Assembly: GCA_030600585.1 (NCBI GenBank)
Contig: JAUVLU010000009.1
Location: forward strand, 3,698-67,697
DNA from: Candidatus Cloacimonadota bacterium
Lineage (GTDB): Bacteria > Cloacimonadota > Cloacimonadia > Cloacimonadales > TCS61
DNA: 64,000 bases
Direction: 5' to 3'
In this document: positions 54,186-63,117 of the stretch, piece after piece
How positions within the stretch are numbered: the first letter of the stretch is position 1
Layout of the letters: every line of letters starts with the position of its first letter
Translations under genes and position numbers: made by a program
The notes under the pieces: generated by a model
Told to the model about the DNA's origin: nothing
Database searches by the model: none
Seen by the model: only the letters and a program-made list of their open reading frames with translations

Positions 54186-55421
54186 ATGAAAAAGATCTTA
54201 TTTGTAGTATTAGTATTAGCAATGTTCGGCAGCGTTTCATTGATAGCTCAGGAAGAAATTCAGGATGAAATCGATGAAGCAATTGAAGAAGTGGAAAAAG
54301 CTTTAGAAGAGATTCCCGTTGAAATCGATGAAGCAATGGAAGAAGCGGAGCAAGCTTTTGAAGAGATTCCCGTTAAAAAAAAAATCACAATGAAATTCAA
54401 TAACCTAAAAAGTGATACTCCGAAAATGGGAGTACATCTCTCTGATATCGACTTTGAAGAAGCTTACGAAATGCACTATCCATATTGTTATGGTGTTCTT
54501 ATTAGCGGTGTAAAAAGTGGTGGTGCATCCCAAAAAGCCGGTATTATCAAAGGTGATATCGTTATGGAATTCGATGGAAAGAAAGTAAAGTTTGAAGATC
54601 ATCTTAGAAAACTTATTCAATCCAAGAATATCGGTGATAAAGTAAATGTTAAATTATTCCGAAGTGAAGAGATCTTTGAAACAACTTTGATTCTGCAAGG
54701 AGCAAAAACTAAAGAAAAAAGTGAAATATTTACAAAAGATGGAAAAAAGAAGAAAAAATTATCAGTTGGTTTTGGCGGTGCTGGTTGGATTCCCGTATGG
54801 TTTGTAGATGATAATGAGTTTGCAGACATCAATCATATCTTAGAAGCGTATGACTTCAATGGTTTAGATGAGAAGGGTATCCTCATGCATGGCGGCGGTG
54901 GTCATGGTAATGTAGGAAAAGGTTGGTTTCTTGGTGGAATGGGTGCTGGATATACCATTGATAAAAAGAAAAATCATGTAACTGATGATGGAGATAGTGT
55001 TACTAGAAGAATGTTATATTCTAATGGTTATGGTGGAGTTACTTTGGATAAACGTATTGCACTGACAAAAAATCTTGTAACATCTCTTGGCTTTATGCTC
55101 GGCTGGGGTGGACATAATCTTCAAATCTCACAAACCGATGGAAGTTATGATTGGTTAGAGTTGAATGAAGACATGGACTCTTCTGCAAATAACGCTATTG
55201 AAATAGAAAAGAACTACATTATGTTCCAACCAAAAGCTACAGTAATGTACAGAATTATTGATTGGCTCAGCATTCGCGCAGAAGGTGGTTACATGCTTTC
55301 ACATTCCTACACAGGCGGCTGGGATGCTGTTTCCTGCGAAGATAATTTTGAAATAGATAACTCACCTGAAACACCTTATCAAGGATATACCATATCGATA
55401 GGACCTTGGTTCGGATTTTAA
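54186..55421 (+). CDS. Exported PDZ-domain protein with a Gly-rich C-terminal barrel-like domain
   Basis: 411 aa from ATG 54186 (GGAGG upstream) with signal peptide MKKILFVVLVLAMFGSVSLIA. The PDZ region is GVLISGVKSGGASQKAGIIKGDIVMEFDGKKV. The C-terminus ends ...ISIGPWFGF. Confidence 0.65.
   Translation: MKKILFVVLVLAMFGSVSLIAQEEIQDEIDEAIEEVEKALEEIPVEIDEAMEEAEQAFEEIPVKKKITMKFNNLKSDTPKMGVHLSDIDFEEAYEMHYPYCYGVLISGVKSGGASQKAGIIKGDIVMEFDGKKVKFEDHLRKLIQSKNIGDKVNVKLFRSEEIFETTLILQGAKTKEKSEIFTKDGKKKKKLSVGFGGAGWIPVWFVDDNEFADINHILEAYDFNGLDEKGILMHGGGGHGNVGKGWFLGGMGAGYTIDKKKNHVTDDGDSVTRRMLYSNGYGGVTLDKRIALTKNLVTSLGFMLGWGGHNLQISQTDGSYDWLELNEDMDSSANNAIEIEKNYIMFQPKATVMYRIIDWLSIRAEGGYMLSHSYTGGWDAVSCEDNFEIDNSPETPYQGYTISIGPWFGF
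54267..54374 (+). repeat. In-frame 54-bp tandem duplication
   Basis: Both units begin gaaatcgatgaagcaat and end gaagagattcccgtt. They encode EIDEAIEEVEKALEEIPV and EIDEAMEEAEQAFEEIPV. Confidence 0.9.
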
Positions 55422-55440
55422 GATTGACATTTAATTAAAT

Positions 55441-55484
55441 AAAGAGTCTCTGACAAAGTAATAATTTGTAAGAGACTCTTTTCT
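55441..55484 (+). terminator. Rho-independent terminator
   Basis: aaagagtctct ... agagactcttt forms a 10-11 bp stem with a 19-nt loop, followed by TTCT. Confidence 0.6.
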
Positions 55485-55501
55485 AAATATAAGGATGGAA
55501 A

Positions 55502-56047
55502 ATGTTTGAAGCTCTTGCCGGCAAGGTAGTTTCGGGAGTAATATCATTAAGCATGATGCTGTTTTCTTCTTATGAAGGCAATCAGCCTTATTTCTCACAG
55601 ATAGCTGTTTCTATGGCAGGAAATAGGATTTTTATCAAAACAGAACTGGTAGATGCTTTCGATAATGATTTTGAAGATATTTTCCGCTCCGGCAAGCAGA
55701 TCGATGTATCATTCAACATCACACTTAAAAATGGTTCCAATGTTATTTCAGATGATAATTTCAAACATACTGTTATCTATGATCCACTCACAGATTTATT
55801 TACATTGATAATAGAAGAATTAGATGAAACGATAATTATAGATTCGTATCAACAATTATTAAAGAAGATAGCTAAGATTGAATATACACGTAATATCGAT
55901 TCTGCTGAAAATATAATAATCGAAATTGAATCTTATCTATCCAAAATAAAATTTGACTCATTTGGGAAAAAATATGACCTGATGATTTTATGGAAATTAA
56001 AAAAACCGAAAGCAAAAGTTACTTATGGTAAAGATCATGAAATATAG
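55502..56047 (+). CDS. Hypothetical protein (DUF4390-like by context)
   Basis: 181 aa with a hydrophobic N-terminus, immediately upstream of and overlapping the sensor kinase. The family assignment comes from memory of similar gene contexts only. Confidence 0.35.
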   Translation: MFEALAGKVVSGVISLSMMLFSSYEGNQPYFSQIAVSMAGNRIFIKTELVDAFDNDFEDIFRSGKQIDVSFNITLKNGSNVISDDNFKHTVIYDPLTDLFTLIIEELDETIIIDSYQQLLKKIAKIEYTRNIDSAENIIIEIESYLSKIKFDSFGKKYDLMILWKLKKPKAKVTYGKDHEI

Positions 56048-57206
56048 AATCAGTTTTCGCGGAAGTATCATTATTTTGTTCATTGTATTATATTTACCAA
56101 GTTTATTACTTCTAAATTCTTATTTTGTTAAAAAAAATAGCGAAATAAATAAAGTACTTCAAAATATAAAATTGAGTGAATCTCTTTCCAATTTGGAATT
56201 TAAAACCGGTGAAGACAGCCTGAAGGCAAAGAATCTGTTAAATCAATTTAATGAAAATATGGCTGCGAGAAGCTTTATTCAGCACGAGTCTCAAATCTAT
56301 TCCGCTGTATTCCTGTTCGTTTTGATGTTGTTATCGATTTTTATATTTATTTTGATCTTCTATAGAATTTCTAATCCCCTTAAAAAACTGCAAAATGCAA
56401 CTTCAAAGATTGCTAAAGGAGATTTTTCTTTACATTTGGAAGAAACGGGGATCAAAGAAATTAAACAACTTACACAATCTTTCAATAGTATGTCCCGCGA
56501 ATTGGATAGCACACAGAAAAAATTGCTGCAAGCCGAGAAAGATACCATGTGGAAAGAGCTCTCCCGCATTTTAGCACATGAGATAAAGAACCCTCTTACC
56601 CCTATTCAGCTTTCAATTCAAAGGTTAGAAGAAAAATATGAAATAGATCCAGAAAAATTCTACGAAGTCTTTCCCGAAACGGTCAACATAATCAACCATG
56701 AAGTCAACAACCTGAAGCTTCTCGTCAGTTCTTTTTCTAATTTTGCAAAAAATATAAATCCTGAATTCTCAGAATTTAACCCGAGAACAATGATAGATGA
56801 CATTCTTAATTCATATCAGCATAATTTTGAGATTAAAACGTCAGGTGAAAATTGTACGATATTATTTGATCGGACACATTTTTATCAGATCATTACAAAC
56901 CTCGTTCAGAACGCTATCGATGCTTCCGAAAAAGAAGATAACATCCTTATTGAGATAACAAAAAGTAATTCTAATATAATAGTAAGTATTTCTGATTCCG
57001 GCAAGGGAATCAATAAGAAAGATATTAATAAAATATTCGAACCCTATTTCACAAAAAAGAAGAAAGGAACAGGACTCGGACTTGCATTAGTAAAAAAATT
57101 AGTTGATGTAAATAACGCTAATATTAATGTAACCAGCAAAGAAAAAGAAGGTAGTTGTTTTGAAATTGTGATCCCGAACAGATCTGTATTAAATCAGGGG
57201 AAATAG
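56025..57206 (+). CDS. Sensor histidine kinase (TM-HAMP-HisKA-HATPase; NtrY/AtoS-like)
   Basis: 393 aa (alternative ATG at 56037). H-box LAHEIKNPLTPIQLS, N-box NLVQNAIDA, G-boxes DSGKGI and GTGLGLALV. Confidence 0.85.
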   Translation: MVKIMKYRISFRGSIIILFIVLYLPSLLLLNSYFVKKNSEINKVLQNIKLSESLSNLEFKTGEDSLKAKNLLNQFNENMAARSFIQHESQIYSAVFLFVLMLLSIFIFILIFYRISNPLKKLQNATSKIAKGDFSLHLEETGIKEIKQLTQSFNSMSRELDSTQKKLLQAEKDTMWKELSRILAHEIKNPLTPIQLSIQRLEEKYEIDPEKFYEVFPETVNIINHEVNNLKLLVSSFSNFAKNINPEFSEFNPRTMIDDILNSYQHNFEIKTSGENCTILFDRTHFYQIITNLVQNAIDASEKEDNILIEITKSNSNIIVSISDSGKGINKKDINKIFEPYFTKKKKGTGLGLALVKKLVDVNNANINVTSKEKEGSCFEIVIPNRSVLNQGK

Positions 57207-58547
57207 ATGAAAGTACTTATTATTGACGATGAAATGAATATATGCTTAACAGTAAAAAATATTCTGGAAGATGAAGGCTACGAATGCGATTATGCCCTCG
57301 ACAGCAAAACCGGTATGATTAAATTCGAGAGCATGATACCGGATATCATACTTCTGGATGTTCGGCTCGATGGAGCTAACGGGATTGACCTTCTTAAAGA
57401 TATTAAGAAAATAAGAGAGGATATAATTGTAATTATGATCTCAGGTCACAGCGGCATTAAAGAAGCTGTTCAATCTATAAAATACGGTGCTTATGATTTC
57501 CTTGAAAAACCGCTTAGTTTAACAAAAATTAAGATCATCGTTAAAAAGGCTTATGAATTCCACAACATTTCAAAAGATTATAACAGATTAAAAACCAATG
57601 AGAATGAAAAATACAAAATAATTGGAAACAGTGAACCGATCAAAGAACTTTTATCTCTTGTCGATAGAATTGCCGTAAGTGATTCAAAGGTGTTAATTCG
57701 AGGAGAAAGCGGAACAGGAAAAGAGCTGGTTGCCTACGCAATTCATCATAGAAGCAATAGAAGTGACAAACCTTTTGTTAAATTCAATTCAGCCGCAATT
57801 CCAACAGAACTTGTAGAAAGCGAATTATTCGGTTATGAAAAAGGAGCATTTACCGGTGCAGTAAGCAATAAAAACGGGAAGATCGAACAAGCACATGGCG
57901 GAACGCTTTTTCTGGATGAGATCGGAGATATGAGCCTTAAGGCGCAATCTAAGATACTGCGCGTAATACAAGAAGGTGAGTTCGAGCGGGTTGGAAGTAA
58001 TAAAACTCAAAAAATTGATATTAGACTTATTGCAGCAACACATAAAAATTTGGAAGAACTTGTAGAAAATGGCGAATTCCGGGAAGATCTATATTACCGT
58101 CTGAATGTAATTCCTATTACAACTCCTCCCCTACGTCGGCATCCCGAAGATATTCCAATATTGGTTGAGTATTTTTCAAATTATTTTTCAAACGAGTTGC
58201 AACTTCCACATAAAAAATTCCTAACCAAAACGATCTCAGAATTACAATCATGGGAATTCAAAGGTAATATCAGAGAATTGAGGAATTTCATTGAACGGTT
58301 ATATATTCTTGTTCCAAAAACCGTTATCGAACCGAAAGATATTAAAAATCTTGGAACTTCAAAACTACCTGATTCCAACTTTTGGAATGAAACTCTATCT
58401 CTTAAAGAAAAGAGAAAAGAATTTGAGACCAGATATCTTTCGATTCAATTAAAGATGAATGACGGGAATATTTCCAGAACCGCAAAAGCTTTAGATCTGC
58501 AAATAAGTAATTTATCACGAAAATTGAAAGAATTAGATATAAATTAG
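57207..58547 (+). CDS. Sigma-54-dependent response regulator (NtrC family enhancer-binding protein)
   Basis: 446 aa. Receiver motifs: VLIIDDE, LLDVRL. AAA+ motifs: GESGTGKELVA, ESELFGYEKGAFTGA, LFLDEIG. The C-terminal Fis-type HTH is GNISRTAKALDLQISNLSRKL. Confidence 0.9.
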   Translation: MKVLIIDDEMNICLTVKNILEDEGYECDYALDSKTGMIKFESMIPDIILLDVRLDGANGIDLLKDIKKIREDIIVIMISGHSGIKEAVQSIKYGAYDFLEKPLSLTKIKIIVKKAYEFHNISKDYNRLKTNENEKYKIIGNSEPIKELLSLVDRIAVSDSKVLIRGESGTGKELVAYAIHHRSNRSDKPFVKFNSAAIPTELVESELFGYEKGAFTGAVSNKNGKIEQAHGGTLFLDEIGDMSLKAQSKILRVIQEGEFERVGSNKTQKIDIRLIAATHKNLEELVENGEFREDLYYRLNVIPITTPPLRRHPEDIPILVEYFSNYFSNELQLPHKKFLTKTISELQSWEFKGNIRELRNFIERLYILVPKTVIEPKDIKNLGTSKLPDSNFWNETLSLKEKRKEFETRYLSIQLKMNDGNISRTAKALDLQISNLSRKLKELDIN

Positions 58548-58571
58548 AAATTTAAGAAAATAGAGTGTTTT

Positions 58572-58720
58572 AAACCTTACCTCAATCCTCTTGAGATCGT
58601 TTGCTTTGCAAGCCGACTCATACCTACAAGGAGAGGAAGTTTTATTCTCCTTCTCATAAATAGGAGAAGGCATTAAAGTGAGTTCGTTTTTCTACGAAAA
58701 GCCGACTAATATAGGATGAG
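58572..58720. repeat. Nested hairpin repeats
   Basis: accttacctcaatcctct ... caaggagagg is the 23136-23180 element, here split by tgagatcgtttgctttgcaagccgactcatacc (same family as 5994-6017). It is followed by the hairpin ccttctc-ataaatag-gagaagg and by gttcgtttttctacgaaaagccgact. Confidence 0.8.
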
Positions 58721-58767
58721 GTTTATAATAAAAAAATATTAATTAGAAATTTATCTAAGGAGTTAAA

Positions 58768-59592
58768 ATGGAAAAACTAAATTGGGTTGCAATCAACTGG
58801 TTTGATTATCCAATTTTACCAAAAGCGATTTTACAAATTCCAATTTCATTAGATGGAATTGATCAAAAACAATATCTACAACTTGATACCGGTTGCCCTT
58901 ATTCAATCCTTTTTGGTTATCAATTATCTAAACTAATTAATAAAAACGATCCAAGTTTAAATGATGATGAAATTTATTTTAACGGTTCTATTGGAGGACA
59001 TAATTTTTCAAATTTTAAATTTAAACATCTAAAAAACTTCGGAGAAAAAAGAGCAAAACAGGGACAAGAAAAAATTGGACTTCTTGGTACTGATTTCTTT
59101 AAGAAAAAAATTCTCATTATTGATTTTATAAAAAATCAGATTTTAATCTCCAACAATTTAGAAATAATTGATAAATTAGATTACAATTTCAACTTTATTA
59201 ATACACTTAATAATTCAGCAAATGAAATGATCTTCAAAGTTTCTTTAAATAATTGTGAAATAAAAAAAATATTATACGATACAGGTCACTCTACTTCCTC
59301 TCTGAAATTTCTTAAAAAAATGGATTGGCAATCTTTTGTTGGTGATGTTGTTAATAAAAAGTTAATAAAAAATAGCATTAGTAATATCGAAGGGAATTTC
59401 TATTCTTATACACAAAAGACAAAAGGGAAACTTAGAATTGGAAAATTTATTTCTAATAATCCTGATTTAGCTTTTGATGATAATGATCTGTCAAAAGAAT
59501 CAAAATTAAATGGAATATTGGGGAACAAACCGTTTTATAATTCTTGTATTATTCTCGATTATATTAATTTTAAGTTCGGGGTTTCTAAATAG
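58768..59592 (+). CDS. Tandem retropepsin-like (two DTG motifs) putative aspartic protease
   Basis: 274 aa. Lobe 1: YLQLDTGCPYSILF ... IGLLGTDFFKKKILIIDF. Lobe 2: KILYDTGHSTSSLKF ... LNGILGNKPFYNSCIILDY. No signal peptide. Confidence 0.55.
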   Translation: MEKLNWVAINWFDYPILPKAILQIPISLDGIDQKQYLQLDTGCPYSILFGYQLSKLINKNDPSLNDDEIYFNGSIGGHNFSNFKFKHLKNFGEKRAKQGQEKIGLLGTDFFKKKILIIDFIKNQILISNNLEIIDKLDYNFNFINTLNNSANEMIFKVSLNNCEIKKILYDTGHSTSSLKFLKKMDWQSFVGDVVNKKLIKNSISNIEGNFYSYTQKTKGKLRIGKFISNNPDLAFDDNDLSKESKLNGILGNKPFYNSCIILDYINFKFGVSK

Positions 59593-59703
59593 AATGAATT
59601 GTAATTTTATCAAAAAAAAACCACTAACAAAATAAGCGGTTTTGCGGTTGGGGTTCCATTAATGAGAAATTTGAAATTAGAAATTTAAAAAAAGGAGTTA
59701 ATT

Positions 59704-61449
59704 ATGAAATCAAAATGGTTTTCGTTTGGATGTCTAACATCTGTAGTCATCATTATTATTATGATTTTTACAATGTTCAGAATATTCGGAAGTATGGGAA
59801 AGGGATTTCAGAAACCTGTGTCGGAAAAGATAGTTGAAGGATCGTGGTTAAAGATGAATATCAGTGGAAGGATCATGGATTATAATGAATTTAAAGACAG
59901 CCCTTTCACCGGTACATTCTCAGCAAAAACCACCTCGGTTCATGATATTGTACACAAGGTCAATAAAGCTGCTCAAGATGGAAAGATCAAAGGAATTTTA
60001 CTCGAACCAAAGTTTATCGCCTGCGGTTATGCAAGTTTGCATGAGATCATGAGTGCTTTGGAAAATTTCAAAAGTACAGGAAAAGAAATTCATACTTATC
60101 TCGATTTTGCCATGGATAAAGATTATATCCTTTCAACTGTTGCAGATAAAATATATCTTAATCCTTCTGCATCTGCTGGAATACTGTTAACCGGAGTTGG
60201 CGGCGGAATACTATTTTACAAAGATTTCTTTGATAAGATCGGTGTAGAAATTAATGTGATACATGCAGGGAAATACAAAGGTGCAGGTGAAACATTCTCA
60301 CGAAATGAATTATCTGAACCGGTTCGAAAGAACCTGGATAGACTTTTCTCAAATGTTTATAATTCTGTTCTTAATACAATTGCAGAAAACCGTGAAATTG
60401 AATTTGATGAAATAACTAAAATTTATGAAAAGAGAGAAGAACTATTTATTAATCAGGAAACTGCTTTGGAATATAATCTGGTTGATGAACTTATCTGTAA
60501 AGAAGATTTGTATAATGAATTAAGTATTACAAAAAAGAATCTGGTTTCGTTTTCCAATTACAAGATACCAAAATTAAGAAAATCAAAATCTAATATTGCT
60601 GTCATCTATGCTCAAGGCGGAATTGTAATGCAATCACAAGGATTCGATACAAACAATATTACCGCTGCCAAACTAAATATGATATTGGATAAAATTGAGA
60701 AAGATAATGAGATAAAAGGTGTTGTGGTCCGCGTGAATAGTCCGGGTGGAAGCGCACTCGTTTCTGAAATGATCCTTGATAGAATAAAGAGATTAAAAAG
60801 CGTAAAACCCGTTGTGATCTCAATGGGAAATGTCGCTGCATCCGGTGGATATTATATCTCGGCAGAATCTGATTACATCTTTGCCGATCCATACACTATA
60901 ACGGGTTCAATCGGTGTTGTTGCAATGCTGCCTAATATATCCAAACTAACTGATAATATTGGAATTCATGAAGAAGATATTTCCAAAGGAAAATTTTCAA
61001 ATGCGATGAGCATATATTCAAAGTTGGATGAATCTATGATCAGATCATTAAAAATTAGTATTCAAGATACATATCTGGAATTCAAGCAAAGAGTTGCTGA
61101 TGGCAGAGAAATTTCTCTCGATGATGTTGAGCTGATCGCTCAAGGACAGGTTTGGTCTGCTGAAGACGCTTTGCAGAACAAACTCATAGACGAAACCGGA
61201 ATGATAGATGATGCGATAAAGAAAGCTGCAGAGCTGAGTGGTATTGAAGATTTCACAATCGAGTATTTCCCAAAACAAAAGAACTTCATTGAAGAGATCA
61301 TAAAAGACAAATTTGATGTAGATCTGGCAGAAACTGTAATTTCCAATCAGGTCATGGAAGATAAGGGTTTGCTCAAAGCGTGGCAATTACTTAAATCAAT
61401 CAAGAATGATCCTCTTCAAGCAGTTCTACCATTTGAATTAGATAATTAG
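59704..61449 (+). CDS. sppA: Signal peptide peptidase SppA (67K type, two S49 domains)
   Basis: 581 aa with an N-terminal TM helix. Contains GKIKGILLEP, VRVNSPGGSALVSE, MGNVAASGGYYIS. Confidence 0.85.
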   Translation: MKSKWFSFGCLTSVVIIIIMIFTMFRIFGSMGKGFQKPVSEKIVEGSWLKMNISGRIMDYNEFKDSPFTGTFSAKTTSVHDIVHKVNKAAQDGKIKGILLEPKFIACGYASLHEIMSALENFKSTGKEIHTYLDFAMDKDYILSTVADKIYLNPSASAGILLTGVGGGILFYKDFFDKIGVEINVIHAGKYKGAGETFSRNELSEPVRKNLDRLFSNVYNSVLNTIAENREIEFDEITKIYEKREELFINQETALEYNLVDELICKEDLYNELSITKKNLVSFSNYKIPKLRKSKSNIAVIYAQGGIVMQSQGFDTNNITAAKLNMILDKIEKDNEIKGVVVRVNSPGGSALVSEMILDRIKRLKSVKPVVISMGNVAASGGYYISAESDYIFADPYTITGSIGVVAMLPNISKLTDNIGIHEEDISKGKFSNAMSIYSKLDESMIRSLKISIQDTYLEFKQRVADGREISLDDVELIAQGQVWSAEDALQNKLIDETGMIDDAIKKAAELSGIEDFTIEYFPKQKNFIEEIIKDKFDVDLAETVISNQVMEDKGLLKAWQLLKSIKNDPLQAVLPFELDN

Positions 61450-61470
61450 ACAAACCACAATAATTTTTAT

Positions 61471-61500
61471 AGAAGGTGGCTTATGGTCACCTTCTTTTCT
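61471..61500 (+). terminator. Rho-independent terminator after sppA
   Basis: agaaggtg-gcttatggt-caccttct is followed by TTTCT. Confidence 0.7.
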
Positions 61501-61840
61501 ATTTTATGATCAAGAATTCTGCATAATAGAAGTGTAAACCGCTGAAGCGGTTATCGTATGGTTTGTGTTTTTACCCGCAGTTAAAACTGTGGGCTAATTT
61601 TAAAGTATTTATTTAAATACGAAATCAAAAAAAAGAAAATTTCAACCATTTTAATAATGCATTGGCTTTCAATTTACTTAAAACGATGCTAATTTTTTTC
61701 TTGCATTGCTATGGTTTCTGAAATATTTCTCAACTATGCAGAATTTATATGTAATGATTACAAAATACTTGACTTATAAAGCTTATAAAAAAATTTGCTT
61801 ATTAATAATAAAATATTTTAATATAATAAACGGAGGAAAA

Positions 61841-62989
61841 ATGAGAAAGTTTAATAAAGGTATATTATTAATTGGAATTATTTTGGTTTTTGGTACTTCA
61901 TTACTGGCTGCTTCACAAGATATTTCTGCTCAAGGTAAGAAGAATTTGCGATCTGCTAATATGCATTTAGGCGGGAATAGATATGAAAAGGCACTTCCAT
62001 TATACGAATTGGTTCTTGAAGAAAATCCCAATCATATCGATGCACTTAACAACGTTGCTGCTATCTATTATGACATGAAGGGAGATTATCCTAAAGCCCG
62101 TGAATATTTCATTAGATTGATCGACGTGATCAACAGCGTTTATGCCGAATATGAAGAAATTAAACAATCTGATGAAAAAGCAGCAAAGAAATTCTATAAA
62201 AACAACATTAAGAAACTCAAATTAGAAGCTATGCTTGAATCGGTTGAACAATTTAAAGATAATTGCATTACAAAGATGGTGAATGAGGGCAAATTAAAGA
62301 TACAAACTGAAGAATTTGAAGCTGCTATCGAGATATTTACCAATATAGCAGAGATCGTTCCGGACAATACAATTACATACAGACTTATGGCTTTGTGTTA
62401 CGAAAAACTGGATGATATGGAAAACTCAAGGAATTACTTTATCAAAACAGCCGAACTTGATTCAACAGATGTTTTTGCAAAGCAGAAAGTAGCATCTTTA
62501 TATTATAATGAGGGAAATTTTATTGAATCTGGTAATTGGTATTTAGAAGCAGCAAAAAATGAAGTTGAGAACCCGGATAATTATTATAATGCCGGACTTG
62601 CCTATAAGAATGCCGATAATGATTCATTATCTTACGGTGCTTTCCAGAAAGCTCTTGAATATGATCCTGAAAATATGAATATTATTGTTACATTAAGCAA
62701 TATCGCATTATCTCTGAAAGATAACGAAGCATCTACAATGTACCTGCAGAAAGCAGTTGATACAGATGATGCAGATGGAACGATTGAAAATCCAGTATAT
62801 GTTACTACCCTCTGTTACAAATTGTATGGTTTAAAAAGATTTGATGAACTCATTAAATATGCAGAGATGTGGCATAACCTTGATAATTCTTCTAAAGAAG
62901 CTGTTCAAATGTTATATAATGCATCAAAAGAGCTTAATAATAAAGAATTGATGGATAAATATAATAAAATGTATAAGGACATGGAATAA
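61841..62989 (+). CDS. TPR-repeat exported protein
   Basis: 382 aa from ATG 61841 (GGAGG upstream) with signal peptide MRKFNKGILLIGIILVFGTSLLAA. Multiple TPR units are present (ALPLYELVLEENPNH, ALEYDPEN). The track's longer N-terminus lacks an SD. Confidence 0.65.
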   Translation: MRKFNKGILLIGIILVFGTSLLAASQDISAQGKKNLRSANMHLGGNRYEKALPLYELVLEENPNHIDALNNVAAIYYDMKGDYPKAREYFIRLIDVINSVYAEYEEIKQSDEKAAKKFYKNNIKKLKLEAMLESVEQFKDNCITKMVNEGKLKIQTEEFEAAIEIFTNIAEIVPDNTITYRLMALCYEKLDDMENSRNYFIKTAELDSTDVFAKQKVASLYYNEGNFIESGNWYLEAAKNEVENPDNYYNAGLAYKNADNDSLSYGAFQKALEYDPENMNIIVTLSNIALSLKDNEASTMYLQKAVDTDDADGTIENPVYVTTLCYKLYGLKRFDELIKYAEMWHNLDNSSKEAVQMLYNASKELNNKELMDKYNKMYKDME

Positions 62990-62998
62990 TTTCATTTT

Positions 62999-63085
62999 GC
63001 GAAAGTGGCGGAGTTGGTAGACGCGCTGGCCTTAGAAGCCAGTGAGAGAAATCTCGTAGGGGTTCGAGTCCCCTCTTTCGCACCA
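62999..63085 (+). tRNA. tRNA-Leu (anticodon TAG), CCA encoded
   Basis: GCGAAAGTGGCGGAGTTGGTAGACGCGCTGGCCTTAGAAGCCAGTGAGAGAAATCTCGTAGGGGTTCGAGTCCCCTCTTTCGCACCA. The acceptor stem GCGAAAG/CTTTCGC pairs, the anticodon loop is CTTAGAA, and there is a long variable arm. Confidence 0.92.
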
Positions 63086-63117
63086 AATATTTTTGTGAAT
63101 TAAATTAAGGAGATAAA

